Assembly: GCA_031316235.1 (NCBI GenBank)
Contig: JALDRA010000002.1
Coordinates: 30,001-62,000 of the forward strand
Direction: 5' to 3'
Length of the DNA: 32,000 nucleotides
DNA from: Candidatus Scalindua sp.
GTDB taxonomy: Bacteria; Planctomycetota; Brocadiia; Brocadiales; Scalinduaceae
In this document: positions 1 to 9,119 of the stretch, piece by piece
Layout: every line of letters begins with the position of its first letter
Position numbering within the stretch: position 1 is the first letter of the stretch
Position numbers and translations under genes: made by a program
The notes under the pieces: generated by a model
Seen by the model: the letters and a program-made list of their open reading frames with translations, nothing else
What the model was told of the DNA's origin: nothing
Databases searched by the model: none

Positions 1-3000
1 GGAAGGATTCCCTGTCGCAAAATCTCTCGTTTCAGGCACGATCGTTCCTTTGTCCGAACTCAAAGTTATACGTTTGATTCCTACATTATCTGTAGCGTCA
101 ACAACTATGTCCAGACCCTCACCGATACCAACTGATGTTAACCCATTTTGCGTATTCAAACGTGAAACAACCGGTGCAGCATTATCCCGTACTACCATCA
201 CCACAGGAGGAGAGTTTCCTCTATTACCATCTTCATCAACTGCATGTGCCGAAATGATTAAGTTATTACCGGCAGACGCGTTATTTGGTATCTGAAAGGT
301 GAAACTGGTTGATGCCTTCGACGTGCGAATGTTATCCTTTGTAAATGAACCTATAGGAGTTCCTCCACTTGAGACATCAGCATGTATAGTAGACACCTTG
401 CCTCTATCTTCTGCCATAACCTGTATTACGATCGTATCTCCTGGATCTACCAGTGTCCCAGATAGAGGATTTGAAACAGTTACGACCGGAGGTGCTCCGT
501 CTGTCACAATTAATTGGCGTGTAACGGTCTGGCTGTTTTGCTGCAACGTATCTTTTGCTGATACTCTCAGGTTAATCGTTGCACCTGGAGCAGCAGTATC
601 TGGCACGGTGAAATGGAATGTGTGATCAACAGTTATCAAAGGTGCCTCTAGAACTTCTACTTCATTAGCAGTTGCAGCACCCGTTGCTGAATAAGCAACT
701 TCACGTACTCCAACATCATCGCTAGCACGCACAACAACATTTACCTGTTGGCCGGTAGCAACATTTGAGTGATCGAGAGGTTGTGTTATCACAATATCTG
801 GAGGAAGGTTAGGATTCGCGTTAAGAACAATGGTCAGACCTTTACTAATATTGCCTGCCGTGTCTACCGCTTTGGCCTCTATACGTATCTCAGCACCAAG
901 GCGATTGGTCAACACGAGCTCTATTTCGTAGGGTCGAGTCTCAACTTTTTTATAATGCTCACCATTTACAAAGAAGTCAACATAGGCGACATCATCTGCA
1001 TCTCCAGGGTCAGCAGTAATTCTGGTTTTCTCACCTACAAATATTGAGGTTCCACCCAGTGAAGTTAATGAATTAATATCTGGGCCTATGGTATCAATTG
1101 TACGAAAACTCCAGGTTGTAATCTCTTGTGGCTGTGGATTCGCGGCCCTGTCTTTGACCGGGCCCTGAATCGTAACCGTGTAGGTCTTATTCGGTTCAAG
1201 CCGTGATGCAGGGACAAATACTATGACGGTATCATTAAGGATCGGAAGAGTGTTCAGCTTTCCATCTATATCACTACTTCCATCATTGAGCGTAAAAGAT
1301 CTAATGCTGTCTCGATCAATAGCCTCATCAAACTTAACCCTGATTACGCTCTCAATTGGAACCTGCACGGCAGTATCCTGAGGACTCAGACTCAGAGTCT
1401 CAGGAGGTGTAGAATCATTTATGGTAAAATGGCTCTCAAAATCTTCAAGAAGAGTGAAGCCTACCATATCCTTGACACCAGGTGTTATGTTGCCATTAAA
1501 CCCCACTTTTTCTGAAACAACCGATACCGTAACTAAGCGAAGAGCAGGGATTGGCTTTGCAGGCGTAAACGTAATTGCAGGAGGTGATGTCGATGTCTGA
1601 ATCGTTCCCGTAATCTCTCCGGCGGCTGTTGAAACCTTAAATGTCTTATCATTAACCGTGTCAGGATCAACCGGCTCTGAAAGCGTAACAACGACACTGG
1701 TACCGGGACTAACATCCGATTCTCCGTCTGTCGGGGTGATACTCACTACTCTTGGACTATCATCATCAAGCGTAATTGTCCCCAAATCAACTATCTGACC
1801 ATTTTGATTAATCGTAACTTGTGCAGAATTCTGACCGGTACTGACAGGATCTAACAGCGCTATGTCGCTGTCTCCCAGCGGGATTGCTCTAAACTCAAAG
1901 CAGCCGTTTACGTCCGTTTCAGTGGTGAGACGTAACGCGCTCCTCCCTGCTTTAGTGAGGATAATCACAGCATTAGGAGCGGCATTAACCCCATCAGCTC
2001 TTACCACACACCCCTTAATCAGCCCAGACTCTTCCAGCCTTACATCTCCCAAATCAAGCACTTTATTTGCCTGTACTGTCCCATTGAAAGACGTACCAAG
2101 AGGTGGCTCCTGTACGGTAGTCACAACACCAATTCTAAAGTCTCCCGTGGGTATAGTGAAACTGAATCTGCCCTCACTATCTTCCACACTCCTAATTACG
2201 GGTAGTTTCAAGAACGGGCTTAAACTACTTAAAGTTACCAATGCATTGTTAACTGCATTAAGCCCCTGTGAATCGACAATTCTTCCTTTCACTTCTCCTG
2301 TCCCCTCAAAGATAATGTCGACTTTTTCAGCTTCGCCAGAGATTATTTTGTCAAGCGACAAAGTGACATGCTGGATTCCTCCATCATTACCGATAGGAGG
2401 ACGAGCCGTTAAGGTAAAATCACCGGCAGCTACAGAAGAGAAGCGATAAAAACCGTCATCATCTGTCTGCTCACTTTTTTTGTCGTTCCCTCTTTTAAGG
2501 GTTACGATAGCATTCTTTACCGGATCTTGAGAATTGTTCTCATAAACGGTACCCTGCACCACTCCAGCTGCCTCCAGGAAAACGTCAGCCCTTACCACCT
2601 CTTCATCAAAACTGATATTGCCTGTCACTGCTCCAGTGAGAATGTTTATGGGACTATTGGATGTAGCTGTTACCGTAAATACACCCCGTGGGACACCAGG
2701 AAACGAGAAGCTTCCATTGACATCAGTTTGTGTGATGATATCGCCACTAAAATTACCAGCAGGTCTGAGACGCACAGTAGCTCCTGATTGAGGAATTCCA
2801 TCAAACGAGGAAACCGTACCAACTACCGTTCCCAAGCCTTCTAGCAGTATCTCAACTACTTCCGTCTGCCCGTCAGCTGTAAGTTGTCCGATATTACTGC
2901 CTCTACGAGCAGTAAAAGGTTCAAAAACCTGAATTTTAAAAGGCGCGTTCACCGGAATACTCTCAAACGTAAAATTACCACGTGTATCTGATATGGTGTT

Positions 3001-6000
3001 AAGGCTGGTACGATTTTTAACAACGAGTAATACCTCTGCCGGAGTTGTGAGACTTATACCCGCTTGACGGAATATTGTACCCGCAACCGTACCGAAACCA
3101 AGTACCTCATCAACTGTTTGTCTGTCAGATACGGCTCCCAGTTGAACCTTTACGGGTAATCGAAAACCATTGCTCGGATCTTCCGGTATGGTATTCGATG
3201 CCAAACCTACAGCAGCGGTATTTGGATTATTCGCCTTTACGGTAAAATCACCCTCTATTACGGGAAAGAGTTCAATTTCTCCCTGGTCATCGGTATTGAA
3301 GTTCACGAATTCATCCTGATCTAACAGAGAGGTAGTCGAGAGCGTTACTTTAGCAAAGGGGACAACATCTACCCCATTATTTTCCACAACGGTCACCTTG
3401 ATACTTCCAGAATCCAGGAGTCTCAAATTGGCATCTACCTGGTCTCCGCCGCTCTTGATAAAACCTCTTACCTCACCAAAGAGACGAACATTCAAATCAT
3501 CAAAACCATCTGTGATAATTTCTGCCCCTGACTGGGCACGAGTAAGTGGTACACCGGTATCTGCTCTTATAGTAAAGGCACCCTTTGGTACCAGGGGAAA
3601 CTCATAATGCCCGTCCTCATCCGTTATCACTGAGAACTCTGGAAGACCGGTAGCCTTTATGGTTAAGCTGACGTTTTCCCCTACCGGAGTATTCCCATCA
3701 GGGAGAAACACAAATCCCTCTACCGAGCCGGTTGATGTCTCTAGTACGAGATCTCCCACATCGATGATCCTCTCTTCGGGGTTTGGTGTCTTCGGTATAA
3801 AACTTGAAACTGCTACAGAACCGAGAAATGGGTTTGAGGTACTGACGCCAAATGGACCGGCCAATACGTTGTTCAGAGTAAAACCACCCGTTAGCTCCTG
3901 AGCAGGCTTACCGTCTGGACCCGTTATCTGGATAAATTCGTCACTCTTTATCTCTACCTCCTCACTGGTAAATATAGGCATCCTCACCAGTTCTCCATCC
4001 TCAAATCCGGTGCCCTCAAGTACCTTTCGCACTTCGGTAGATGCAATACCAATACCACCTCCTCCTTCAAGGATCTTGATAACACTCTTGGTAATCTTGA
4101 CATCTGCTATGACGGGTGTACCCCCCTGTGCCTGGATAACACGCCCCTTGATTGACCCCGTTCCCCGATAGATAACGTCCACTCTCTGTGTCTCACCGTC
4201 AAAACTGAAGGTAGTCCTGTTTTCACCCCCATCAGAGGTCCCTCTAGTGGATCGAACGGTTGCCTTAATCGGAGTTTGAACGGGCAAGTCATCAAAGCGG
4301 TAATTCCCATCTTCATCAGTATCCGTAATGGCAAGTCCTCCGGCAATAAAGTAAACTGGCGTATTGGGAACAGGCGTCGTTCTGTCGGCCTTAAAAACAG
4401 TCCCAAAGACACTGACAAAATCTGCCGGTGGTGGCAGTTTCAGTGTTACTTCCTGTAAATCAGTTTCTGAGGAGAGAGTAACCGTAATAGTATTTTTTGA
4501 ACTATTCGCCCCTGCCTTTATCTCTACATTTCCTACGACAAGACCTGTGATCTCAAATGTTCCGTTCTCATCTGTCTCGGTAAGAAACTGTCCAGCAATA
4601 ACCTGAGCTCCGGCTACCGGCTTCCCATCTTTATCTACTATTATACCCTTGACCGTACCACCGACTCCGGGTAAGACAAGATTGACGTCTTTGACCCCAT
4701 TTTCTTCAACGAATGCTACTACCCTGGTTTTCTCACCAGTGACCAGGTTTATGGCCTCTAACGAATACGATCCAATTGTTAACTCTTCAAAGTTAACCTG
4801 CCCGGTCACATCACTCTCTTGAAGGGCAATTGCCTTACCCCCAGTCCTCAATACCACTGCTACGCCTTCCACCTGCTCTCCATCAGATGAGAGAACTCTC
4901 GCCCGCAGCGACCCTCTCCCTGTTGCAAATACGGTAACATCTACGTTAGCAGTTGATCCAACGGCAGCTATATTCCCGGCAGCCCTTCCATTTGCCCCAT
5001 CAGCAGGATTGTGTGCCACGATTCCAATATTTCCTACCGCAATCTGATCAACTCGGTAATAACCATTGTGATCTGCGACTGCCCCACCTTTTCCACCATG
5101 TTGCAATCCTGTCGTGAGGCTGTTTACGTTAACGATTGCTCCTGGTACCGGGCCTCCATTGCTATCGTGCACAACACCCTCTACAGAACCAAATCCGGGT
5201 ATGATCACGTCGAGGATAAATCGTTGACCATCAAATTGAACAGAGGTCCGCACTCTCCCCGTATACCCCGTCTCGGGATCCTGCGCCTCGATGGTAAAAG
5301 GCCCCAGTGCATTCTTCAGCACAAAATCAATGCTATATTCTCCCCGGTCATTTGCAAAAATCTGGCTGGTTATTGGCCGTGCAGGGCAGACTGGAAACAT
5401 GCATACCGGCTGAATATAGTTAACGATCGCAAAGGGGACCGGGCTGCCGTCAGCATGGCGAACTGTACCACTGAGAACGCCACCATCACCTATCTCTGGA
5501 TCCGGCAGAATTGTGAATGATTGCTGCAAAGGATCCATTGTATTTCCCCGAAGGTCTGCCATGTTTGAGACCGTCAGAGTCCGTTCAATAAATGGTGAGT
5601 TGTGTGCCTGTGCCGGTGGTGGCCTGATTGGTTCATCGAGAAACAGCATAAGAATCCTTCCTCCCGGTTGAAGCCCTATAGAACCGATACCGATACGATC
5701 ATCATCTATGCGATAGTTGGTAATGTCCATTGCACTCTCCTTATCCACTGGCTCGCTAAATAGTGCAACTACCATTCGGCCAAGAGGATCTCCATTCTTT
5801 AACTTTGGAGGTTGCCACGGATAATCGCCCTCTCCCCAATGGTTTGCCACAAGTAGAGCCGGTCCGTCATCAGGTATAAGCCTGTTTCTTGACGGTGATA
5901 TTTCCTCTGGAGTACCATCTCCATCCGTATCCAGATTCAATAGAAAATCATTGTTCTCAGTCGTGTTTATATTCAATGTTCCTTTTATACCTTCCGTAAT

Positions 6001-8358
6001 GGATACCCCTTCATAGAGAAGAGACCTCTGACCCGTTTCCCCTTCAGGGACTATCACTCCAAGATCAAAGGAACCGCTTTGGATTCCCAGAATATCAATG
6101 GTATATTGTGTTGCATCCGGTACCGTCACAACTGCAAAGTTATCGTCTGCATCATCCAACTGGCTCATGGCATAGATTTCTGCAAAAGGAATTTCACGTC
6201 TGACCTCCTCATCTTCAGAGAGTATTCCCAGCCGTTTGCCCTCTGAGTCCGTGATCTGAATTCTCACCGGTGCAGGATCACTACCAGAATTCACTGCAAC
6301 AGAGAGGTGCGGGGATCTGTAACGCTCTGTCTCAGCAAGCCCATTCTGAAATGCGATGATGTCATTATTGGCCACATCCTTTACCATAAGCGCTGCGAAG
6401 GTATCCGCAACGATTGGACCTGGTGCTACTTCTCTCCTGAGTAAATCAAAGGCCTCAATGTCCCTTTTGCTCGCACCCGGTTCGGGCTCATTTATGCCTG
6501 CCCCGAGGTAGTCAAAGAGGAGGTCATGAATAACCAGCTTTTCACTATCCTTAAACTTGATACGCATACCTCCCCTTGCAAGATTGAGTGCCCTCTCAAA
6601 GACAATGTCCTTTGACATCCTGGTAATACCTGCCGGCAGAGAACCTCCGGGAGCGGTTGCCACACTGTACGCCTGTCCGAGGAGTCGCATCGCCGAACGG
6701 ATCAGTTCTTCCGGCAGGTGATCGGCCGTTTCCGGAATAATCAGTGTATCCGGTGAGAGTGGTATTCCATCCTCAGATACACCAACGGTCAGAACAAATC
6801 GACCGTTGATCCCCTCGTCAGAGAGAAATACCGTAGCACCGACCTCTCCGGTAATCTGTGATACCATTCTGAAGAGTACTGTTTCCGAGCTCCCCGCCTT
6901 GATCGTTTCAACATTTTTTACCTCCTCTTCCCCTTCGGCCAGAAGTGTACCGCTCAGGCTGTGCCTGTTGATACTCAGACTAACCAGATTGGCATCGGAT
7001 TTTGAGATATTTGACATGGTTACATATACCGTATACGGTTCATCCCTGCGTACGGTTCTGGGATGGGCAACTGTCATTGCAAATTTTGGATTTCTCACCA
7101 GTACGCTCCCCGGTACCGTCGTAGCGACATCGTAACTGTTTCCACTCCTGAAACCCTCGAGTTTCCCGGTAACATCGATATCAAATACGTGCGTGCCCTC
7201 TATCAAACCCTCAGGCAGAAATTCAGCCTGTCCCGTCTCCCCACCTCTGAGGGAATCTTTATCTTCTGAGACGATCTTTTCACCCGTAGCTGTTTCCGTA
7301 ATACGCAATATCGGCAGGATAGATTGTACTCCCCCCTGCTGCGTCTCTGCCAATCGCAGTGGATCATCACCTGTACCAGGAATCTGATCTTCTCCCGGTG
7401 GCAGCTTAAACGCAGACTTCAGATTACTTACCAGAAGTGATGAACCTTGAGGCGATGCATTACTTACCATAATGAGAACGCTAAAGAATTCGTTGAGAAA
7501 ACCCACATCTCCAGGAATAATAATGACACCCGGTATTGTGGCAGGCGGATCGTCTTTCTCGTCTTCCTGTGCAAGGGGAGGCGTCATGAGACCAAAACCT
7601 GCTACCATGAGGTTAGGAATCTCCAGACCGGGAACCTTCACCTCCTGTATCTGAGGAGCAAATTTTGGTATTTTAGGTTGCGGAATATCGATGGCCTGCA
7701 TCTTCTTTTCAGATGGAATGATAACGGGTATTTCAATCTTGACCGTTTTACTTTCTACGACGAAGCCTACGACAAACTCAAGCGCCGTAAAGTTGTCTTC
7801 TGTAATGATGATCCCTTTTTCCCTGATTTCATCAAGCGAGAGGGGGCGTGAGGTAACTTCCGTAACCAGGATCTCGTCAATTACGTTAATGACAATGGGT
7901 TCTGTGTCAGGCCCCTGCAGCCTCTCAAGGATCACACCGCCCTCCCTTTCCAGGCGAACGTTGGAGATGACGTAGTCACCTGAAACACGTAGCGCCGGTA
8001 TCTCCAGAAAGGTATTCGGCCTTGCAGACAAGGTTAGAGTTTTGTTACCCAGGCCGGGGCCATCCAGCTCAGCCACCACAAGGGAATCAGCCGGAATATT
8101 GGTAACTGTGTTACTTCCATCAGGGGAACCCACAACGGCAAGCACCGCAGAGGGGAAGTCCTTAACCGCCTTACGTGTCGACTGAATGCCATCGATATCG
8201 GGTCTGGTATCAACGTCCACGACAAGCCCCACAATCTTAATCTGTCCGCTGCCAATAGTCTCTGCCTGGGTTGAATTCACCGTAACAATAGACAGCACTG
8301 AATAAAGAGCAACCAGCACAATTGCTAAGATGGCAGCTTTTGATTGTTTGTCACACAT
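1..8358 (-). CDS. Giant secreted surface/adhesin-like protein. The 5' end is complete; the 3' end lies beyond the window (more than 2785 aa here). Order: signal peptide, unassigned ~950-aa N-terminal region, tandem CarboxypepD_reg-like modules, then Big_5-type and Big_7-like Ig modules.
   Basis: It is not in the ORF track because it has no stop inside the window. My translation of the minus strand from ATG 8358 begins MCDKQSKAAILAIVLVALYSVLSIVTVNSTQAETIGSGQIKIVGL..., a hydrophobic signal peptide. I met no stop through to position 1. I re-checked the frame codon by codon over 1-420 and found no tta/cta/tca starting at positions 1 mod 3. GGAGG lies 6 nt upstream of the ATG. The plus-strand ORFs listed here are S/T/P-rich antisense shadows. 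Modules of the form G.V.G.V.D..G.PV..A.V...TD..G.Y.F recur, and the C-terminal part has PP.V...P....G....V.A.D..GV modules. Confidence 0.8.
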   Translation of the reverse strand, partial: MCDKQSKAAILAIVLVALYSVLSIVTVNSTQAETIGSGQIKIVGLVVDVDTRPDIDGIQSTRKAVKDFPSAVLAVVGSPDGSNTVTNIPADSLVVAELDGPGLGNKTLTLSARPNTFLEIPALRVSGDYVISNVRLEREGGVILERLQGPDTEPIVINVIDEILVTEVTSRPLSLDEIREKGIIITEDNFTALEFVVGFVVESKTVKIEIPVIIPSEKKMQAIDIPQPKIPKFAPQIQEVKVPGLEIPNLMVAGFGLMTPPLAQEDEKDDPPATIPGVIIIPGDVGFLNEFFSVLIMVSNASPQGSSLLVSNLKSAFKLPPGEDQIPGTGDDPLRLAETQQGGVQSILPILRITETATGEKIVSEDKDSLRGGETGQAEFLPEGLIEGTHVFDIDVTGKLEGFRSGNSYDVATTVPGSVLVRNPKFAMTVAHPRTVRRDEPYTVYVTMSNISKSDANLVSLSINRHSLSGTLLAEGEEEVKNVETIKAGSSETVLFRMVSQITGEVGATVFLSDEGINGRFVLTVGVSEDGIPLSPDTLIIPETADHLPEELIRSAMRLLGQAYSVATAPGGSLPAGITRMSKDIVFERALNLARGGMRIKFKDSEKLVIHDLLFDYLGAGINEPEPGASKRDIEAFDLLRREVAPGPIVADTFAALMVKDVANNDIIAFQNGLAETERYRSPHLSVAVNSGSDPAPVRIQITDSEGKRLGILSEDEEVRREIPFAEIYAMSQLDDADDNFAVVTVPDATQYTIDILGIQSGSFDLGVIVPEGETGQRSLLYEGVSITEGIKGTLNINTTENNDFLLNLDTDGDGTPEEISPSRNRLIPDDGPALLVANHWGEGDYPWQPPKLKNGDPLGRMVVALFSEPVDKESAMDITNYRIDDDRIGIGSIGLQPGGRILMLFLDEPIRPPPAQAHNSPFIERTLTVSNMADLRGNTMDPLQQSFTILPDPEIGDGGVLSGTVRHADGSPVPFAIVNYIQPVCMFPVCPARPITSQIFANDRGEYSIDFVLKNALGPFTIEAQDPETGYTGRVRTSVQFDGQRFILDVIIPGFGSVEGVVHDSNGGPVPGAIVNVNSLTTGLQHGGKGGAVADHNGYYRVDQIAVGNIGIVAHNPADGANGRAAGNIAAVGSTANVDVTVFATGRGSLRARVLSSDGEQVEGVAVVLRTGGKAIALQESDVTGQVNFEELTIGSYSLEAINLVTGEKTRVVAFVEENGVKDVNLVLPGVGGTVKGIIVDKDGKPVAGAQVIAGQFLTETDENGTFEITGLVVGNVEIKAGANSSKNTITVTLSSETDLQEVTLKLPPPADFVSVFGTVFKADRTTPVPNTPVYFIAGGLAITDTDEDGNYRFDDLPVQTPIKATVRSTRGTSDGGENRTTFSFDGETQRVDVIYRGTGSIKGRVIQAQGGTPVIADVKITKSVIKILEGGGGIGIASTEVRKVLEGTGFEDGELVRMPIFTSEEVEIKSDEFIQITGPDGKPAQELTGGFTLNNVLAGPFGVSTSNPFLGSVAVSSFIPKTPNPEERIIDVGDLVLETSTGSVEGFVFLPDGNTPVGENVSLTIKATGLPEFSVITDEDGHYEFPLVPKGAFTIRADTGVPLTRAQSGAEIITDGFDDLNVRLFGEVRGFIKSGGDQVDANLRLLDSGSIKVTVVENNGVDVVPFAKVTLSTTSLLDQDEFVNFNTDDQGEIELFPVIEGDFTVKANNPNTAAVGLASNTIPEDPSNGFRLPVKVQLGAVSDRQTVDEVLGFGTVAGTIFRQAGISLTTPAEVLLVVKNRTSLNTISDTRGNFTFESIPVNAPFKIQVFEPFTARRGSNIGQLTADGQTEVVEILLEGLGTVVGTVSSFDGIPQSGATVRLRPAGNFSGDIITQTDVNGSFSFPGVPRGVFTVTATSNSPINILTGAVTGNISFDEEVVRADVFLEAAGVVQGTVYENNSQDPVKNAIVTLKRGNDKKSEQTDDDGFYRFSSVAAGDFTLTARPPIGNDGGIQHVTLSLDKIISGEAEKVDIIFEGTGEVKGRIVDSQGLNAVNNALVTLSSLSPFLKLPVIRSVEDSEGRFSFTIPTGDFRIGVVTTVQEPPLGTSFNGTVQANKVLDLGDVRLEESGLIKGCVVRADGVNAAPNAVIILTKAGRSALRLTTETDVNGCFEFRAIPLGDSDIALLDPVSTGQNSAQVTINQNGQIVDLGTITLDDDSPRVVSITPTDGESDVSPGTSVVVTLSEPVDPDTVNDKTFKVSTAAGEITGTIQTSTSPPAITFTPAKPIPALRLVTVSVVSEKVGFNGNITPGVKDMVGFTLLEDFESHFTINDSTPPETLSLSPQDTAVQVPIESVIRVKFDEAIDRDSIRSFTLNDGSSDIDGKLNTLPILNDTVIVFVPASRLEPNKTYTVTIQGPVKDRAANPQPQEITTWSFRTIDTIGPDINSLTSLGGTSIFVGEKTRITADPGDADDVAYVDFFVNGEHYKKVETRPYEIELVLTNRLGAEIRIEAKAVDTAGNISKGLTIVLNANPNLPPDIVITQPLDHSNVATGQQVNVVVRASDDVGVREVAYSATGAATANEVEVLEAPLITVDHTFHFTVPDTAAPGATINLRVSAKDTLQQNSQTVTRQLIVTDGAPPVVTVSNPLSGTLVDPGDTIVIQVMAEDRGKVSTIHADVSSGGTPIGSFTKDNIRTSKASTSFTFQIPNNASAGNNLIISAHAVDEDGNRGNSPPVVMVVRDNAAPVVSRLNTQNGLTSVGIGEGLDIVVDATDNVGIKRITLSSDKGTIVPETRDFATGNPS
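1780..5490 (-). other. Tandem array of at least 13 carboxypeptidase-regulatory-like beta-sandwich modules inside the giant CDS (approximate bounds)
   Basis: My translation gives successive units, for example GSVEGVVHDSNGGPVPGAIVNVNSL...DHNGYYRVDQIAVGNIGIVA, GTVKGIIVDKDGKPVAGAQVIAGQFLTETDENGTFEITGLVVGNVEIKA, GTVVGTVSSFDGIPQSGATVRLRP...TDVNGSFSFPGVPRGVFTVTA and GVVQGTVYENNSQDPVKNAIVTLKRG...TDDDGFYRFSSVAAGDFTLTA. Assignment to the family is from motif memory. Confidence 0.6.
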
Positions 8359-8364
8359 CAGTAA

Positions 8365-8369
8365 CCTCC
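8365..8369 (-). promoter_or_regulatory. Shine-Dalgarno (GGAGG) of the giant CDS
   Basis: The minus strand reads GGGGAGGTTACTGATG. GGAGG is 6 nt from ATG 8358. Confidence 0.6.
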
Positions 8370-8420
8370 CCGTTGGATTCATTCACCATTTTATATCCCG
8401 CATTTTCATCAACATATATT

Positions 8421-8477
8421 GTAGTTGCTCGATTCATCGAGCTAATCATGATCCAGTCATTACTTGATTCATCAGGC
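8421..8477 (+). repeat. Composite REP unit: GTAGTTGC + hairpin (CTCGAT-TC-ATCGAG), linker TAATCATGATC.AG.CATTAC, then a second hairpin
   Basis: It matches 9961..10017 at 46 of 57 positions in my hand alignment. The differences within the stems are compensatory (CTCGAT/ATCGAG versus CCTGAT/ATCAGG). Confidence 0.8.
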
Positions 8478-8493
8478 TAATCATGGCCGCATT

Positions 8494-8544
8494 CATTACC
8501 CGATTCAACCGCCCGGCCATGCCGTTCTGACGGGTCGAAAGACC
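8494..8544 (+). repeat. 51-nt repeat of a second class (CATTACCCGATTCAACC...TTCTGACGGGTC...), copy 1
   Basis: It matches 8900..8950 at 38 of 51 positions in my hand alignment. It supplies the last codons and the stop of the truncated MazF-like ORF. Confidence 0.65.
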
Positions 8545-8660
8545 AATTCCCTTTTACCATTTTTGCTGTCATTTGAAATAATAATTACAGGACGCTTTTT
8601 ATTACTTGATAAATCAGTAAAAGGAGTTGGAATGAGCACAATATCCCTTTGTTTATACAT
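8505..8660 (-). pseudogene. Truncated MazF/PemK-family toxin: about 38 native residues followed by repeat-derived sequence
   Basis: From ATG 8660 the ORF reads MYKQRDIVLIPTPFTDLSSNKKRPVIIISNDSKNGK, which matches the remembered PemK/MazF N-terminal pattern (GDIV.V.FPFTD.S..K.RPALVIS). It then continues RELVFRPVRTAWPGG*, encoded by the 51-nt repeat. That gives 51 aa against roughly 110 expected. The ATG overlaps the antitoxin stop (ATGTATAA). Confidence 0.65.
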
Positions 8661-8853
8661 GGTTCCATACCTCATCTGCTTCATTATTCCAAAAACCAAG
8701 TGAAGAATCAGATGCATCCAACAAATCAGAATAATCATCGATTTGTAAAGGCAATATGATTATTTCTACTTTAGATGATTTTATCTGTGGAATATTTGGA
8801 ACTTTAATTTGACCATCTTTATCAACGTCAACAATATATTTATACGCTTGCAT
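8653..8853 (-). CDS. Putative MazE-like antitoxin (66 aa)
   Basis: It lies immediately upstream of the PemK-like remnant and overlaps it by 8 nt. It is small and has an acidic C-terminal tail (...SSLGFWNNEADEVWNHV). The N-terminal stretch DKDGQIKVPNIP resembles AbrB-type antitoxin strands. The assignment rests on context plus a weak motif. Confidence 0.55.
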   Translation of the reverse strand: MQAYKYIVDVDKDGQIKVPNIPQIKSSKVEIIILPLQIDDYSDLLDASDSSLGFWNNEADEVWNHV

Positions 8854-8899
8854 TTTTTACCCCCAAACTAAAAATCACCACCATTTTACACCTACTTAT

Positions 8900-8950
8900 G
8901 ATTACTCGATTTACCCGCCTGGACAGGTCATTCTGACGGGTCAAGCTACC
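8900..8950 (+). repeat. 51-nt second-class repeat, copy 2
   Basis: GATTACTCGATTTACCCGCCTGGACAGGTCATTCTGACGGGTCAAGCTACC. This is a direct repeat of 8494..8544, and together the two bracket the MazEF remnant. Confidence 0.65.
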
Positions 8951-8978
8951 TATACCCTTGTCACATTTCCCATCATTT

Positions 8979-9000
8979 GCCCAATGAATTGGGCAACTAC
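8979..9000 (-). repeat. REP (GTAGTTGCCCAATTCATTGGGC on the minus strand)
   Basis: A conserved GTAGTTGC head is followed by the palindrome CCAAT-TC-ATTGG. Confidence 0.8.
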
Positions 9001-9023
9001 ACCCAAATTACATATCCATTAAC

Positions 9024-9045
9024 GTAGTTGCTTGATTCATCAAGC
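9024..9045 (+). repeat. REP (GTAGTTGCTTGATTCATCAAGC)
   Basis: It has the same head plus the palindrome CTTGAT-TC-ATCAAG. It sits head-to-head with the REP at 8979..9000, 23 nt apart, in a BIME-like pairing. Confidence 0.8.
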
Positions 9046-9097
9046 TCCATGTTGCAACAGCCATCTTATTGTTTGATAATTCATCGTTCCATCATTA

Positions 9098-9119
9098 GCC
9101 CCATAAATGAGGCAACTAC
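9098..9119 (-). repeat. REP abutting and overlapping the RAYT stop codon
   Basis: The minus strand reads GTAGTTGCCTCATTTATGGGGC. The TAG of the GTAG head (9116..9118) is the RAYT stop codon. Confidence 0.8.

Noticed and set aside
50-7975. About 20 plus-strand ORFs of 60-195 aa listed in the track (for example 1862..2449 and 5011..5520)
   Set aside because: Their products are S/T/P/L-rich and low in complexity. They lie antisense to a continuous, motif-rich minus-strand frame (1..8358), so they are shadow ORFs.
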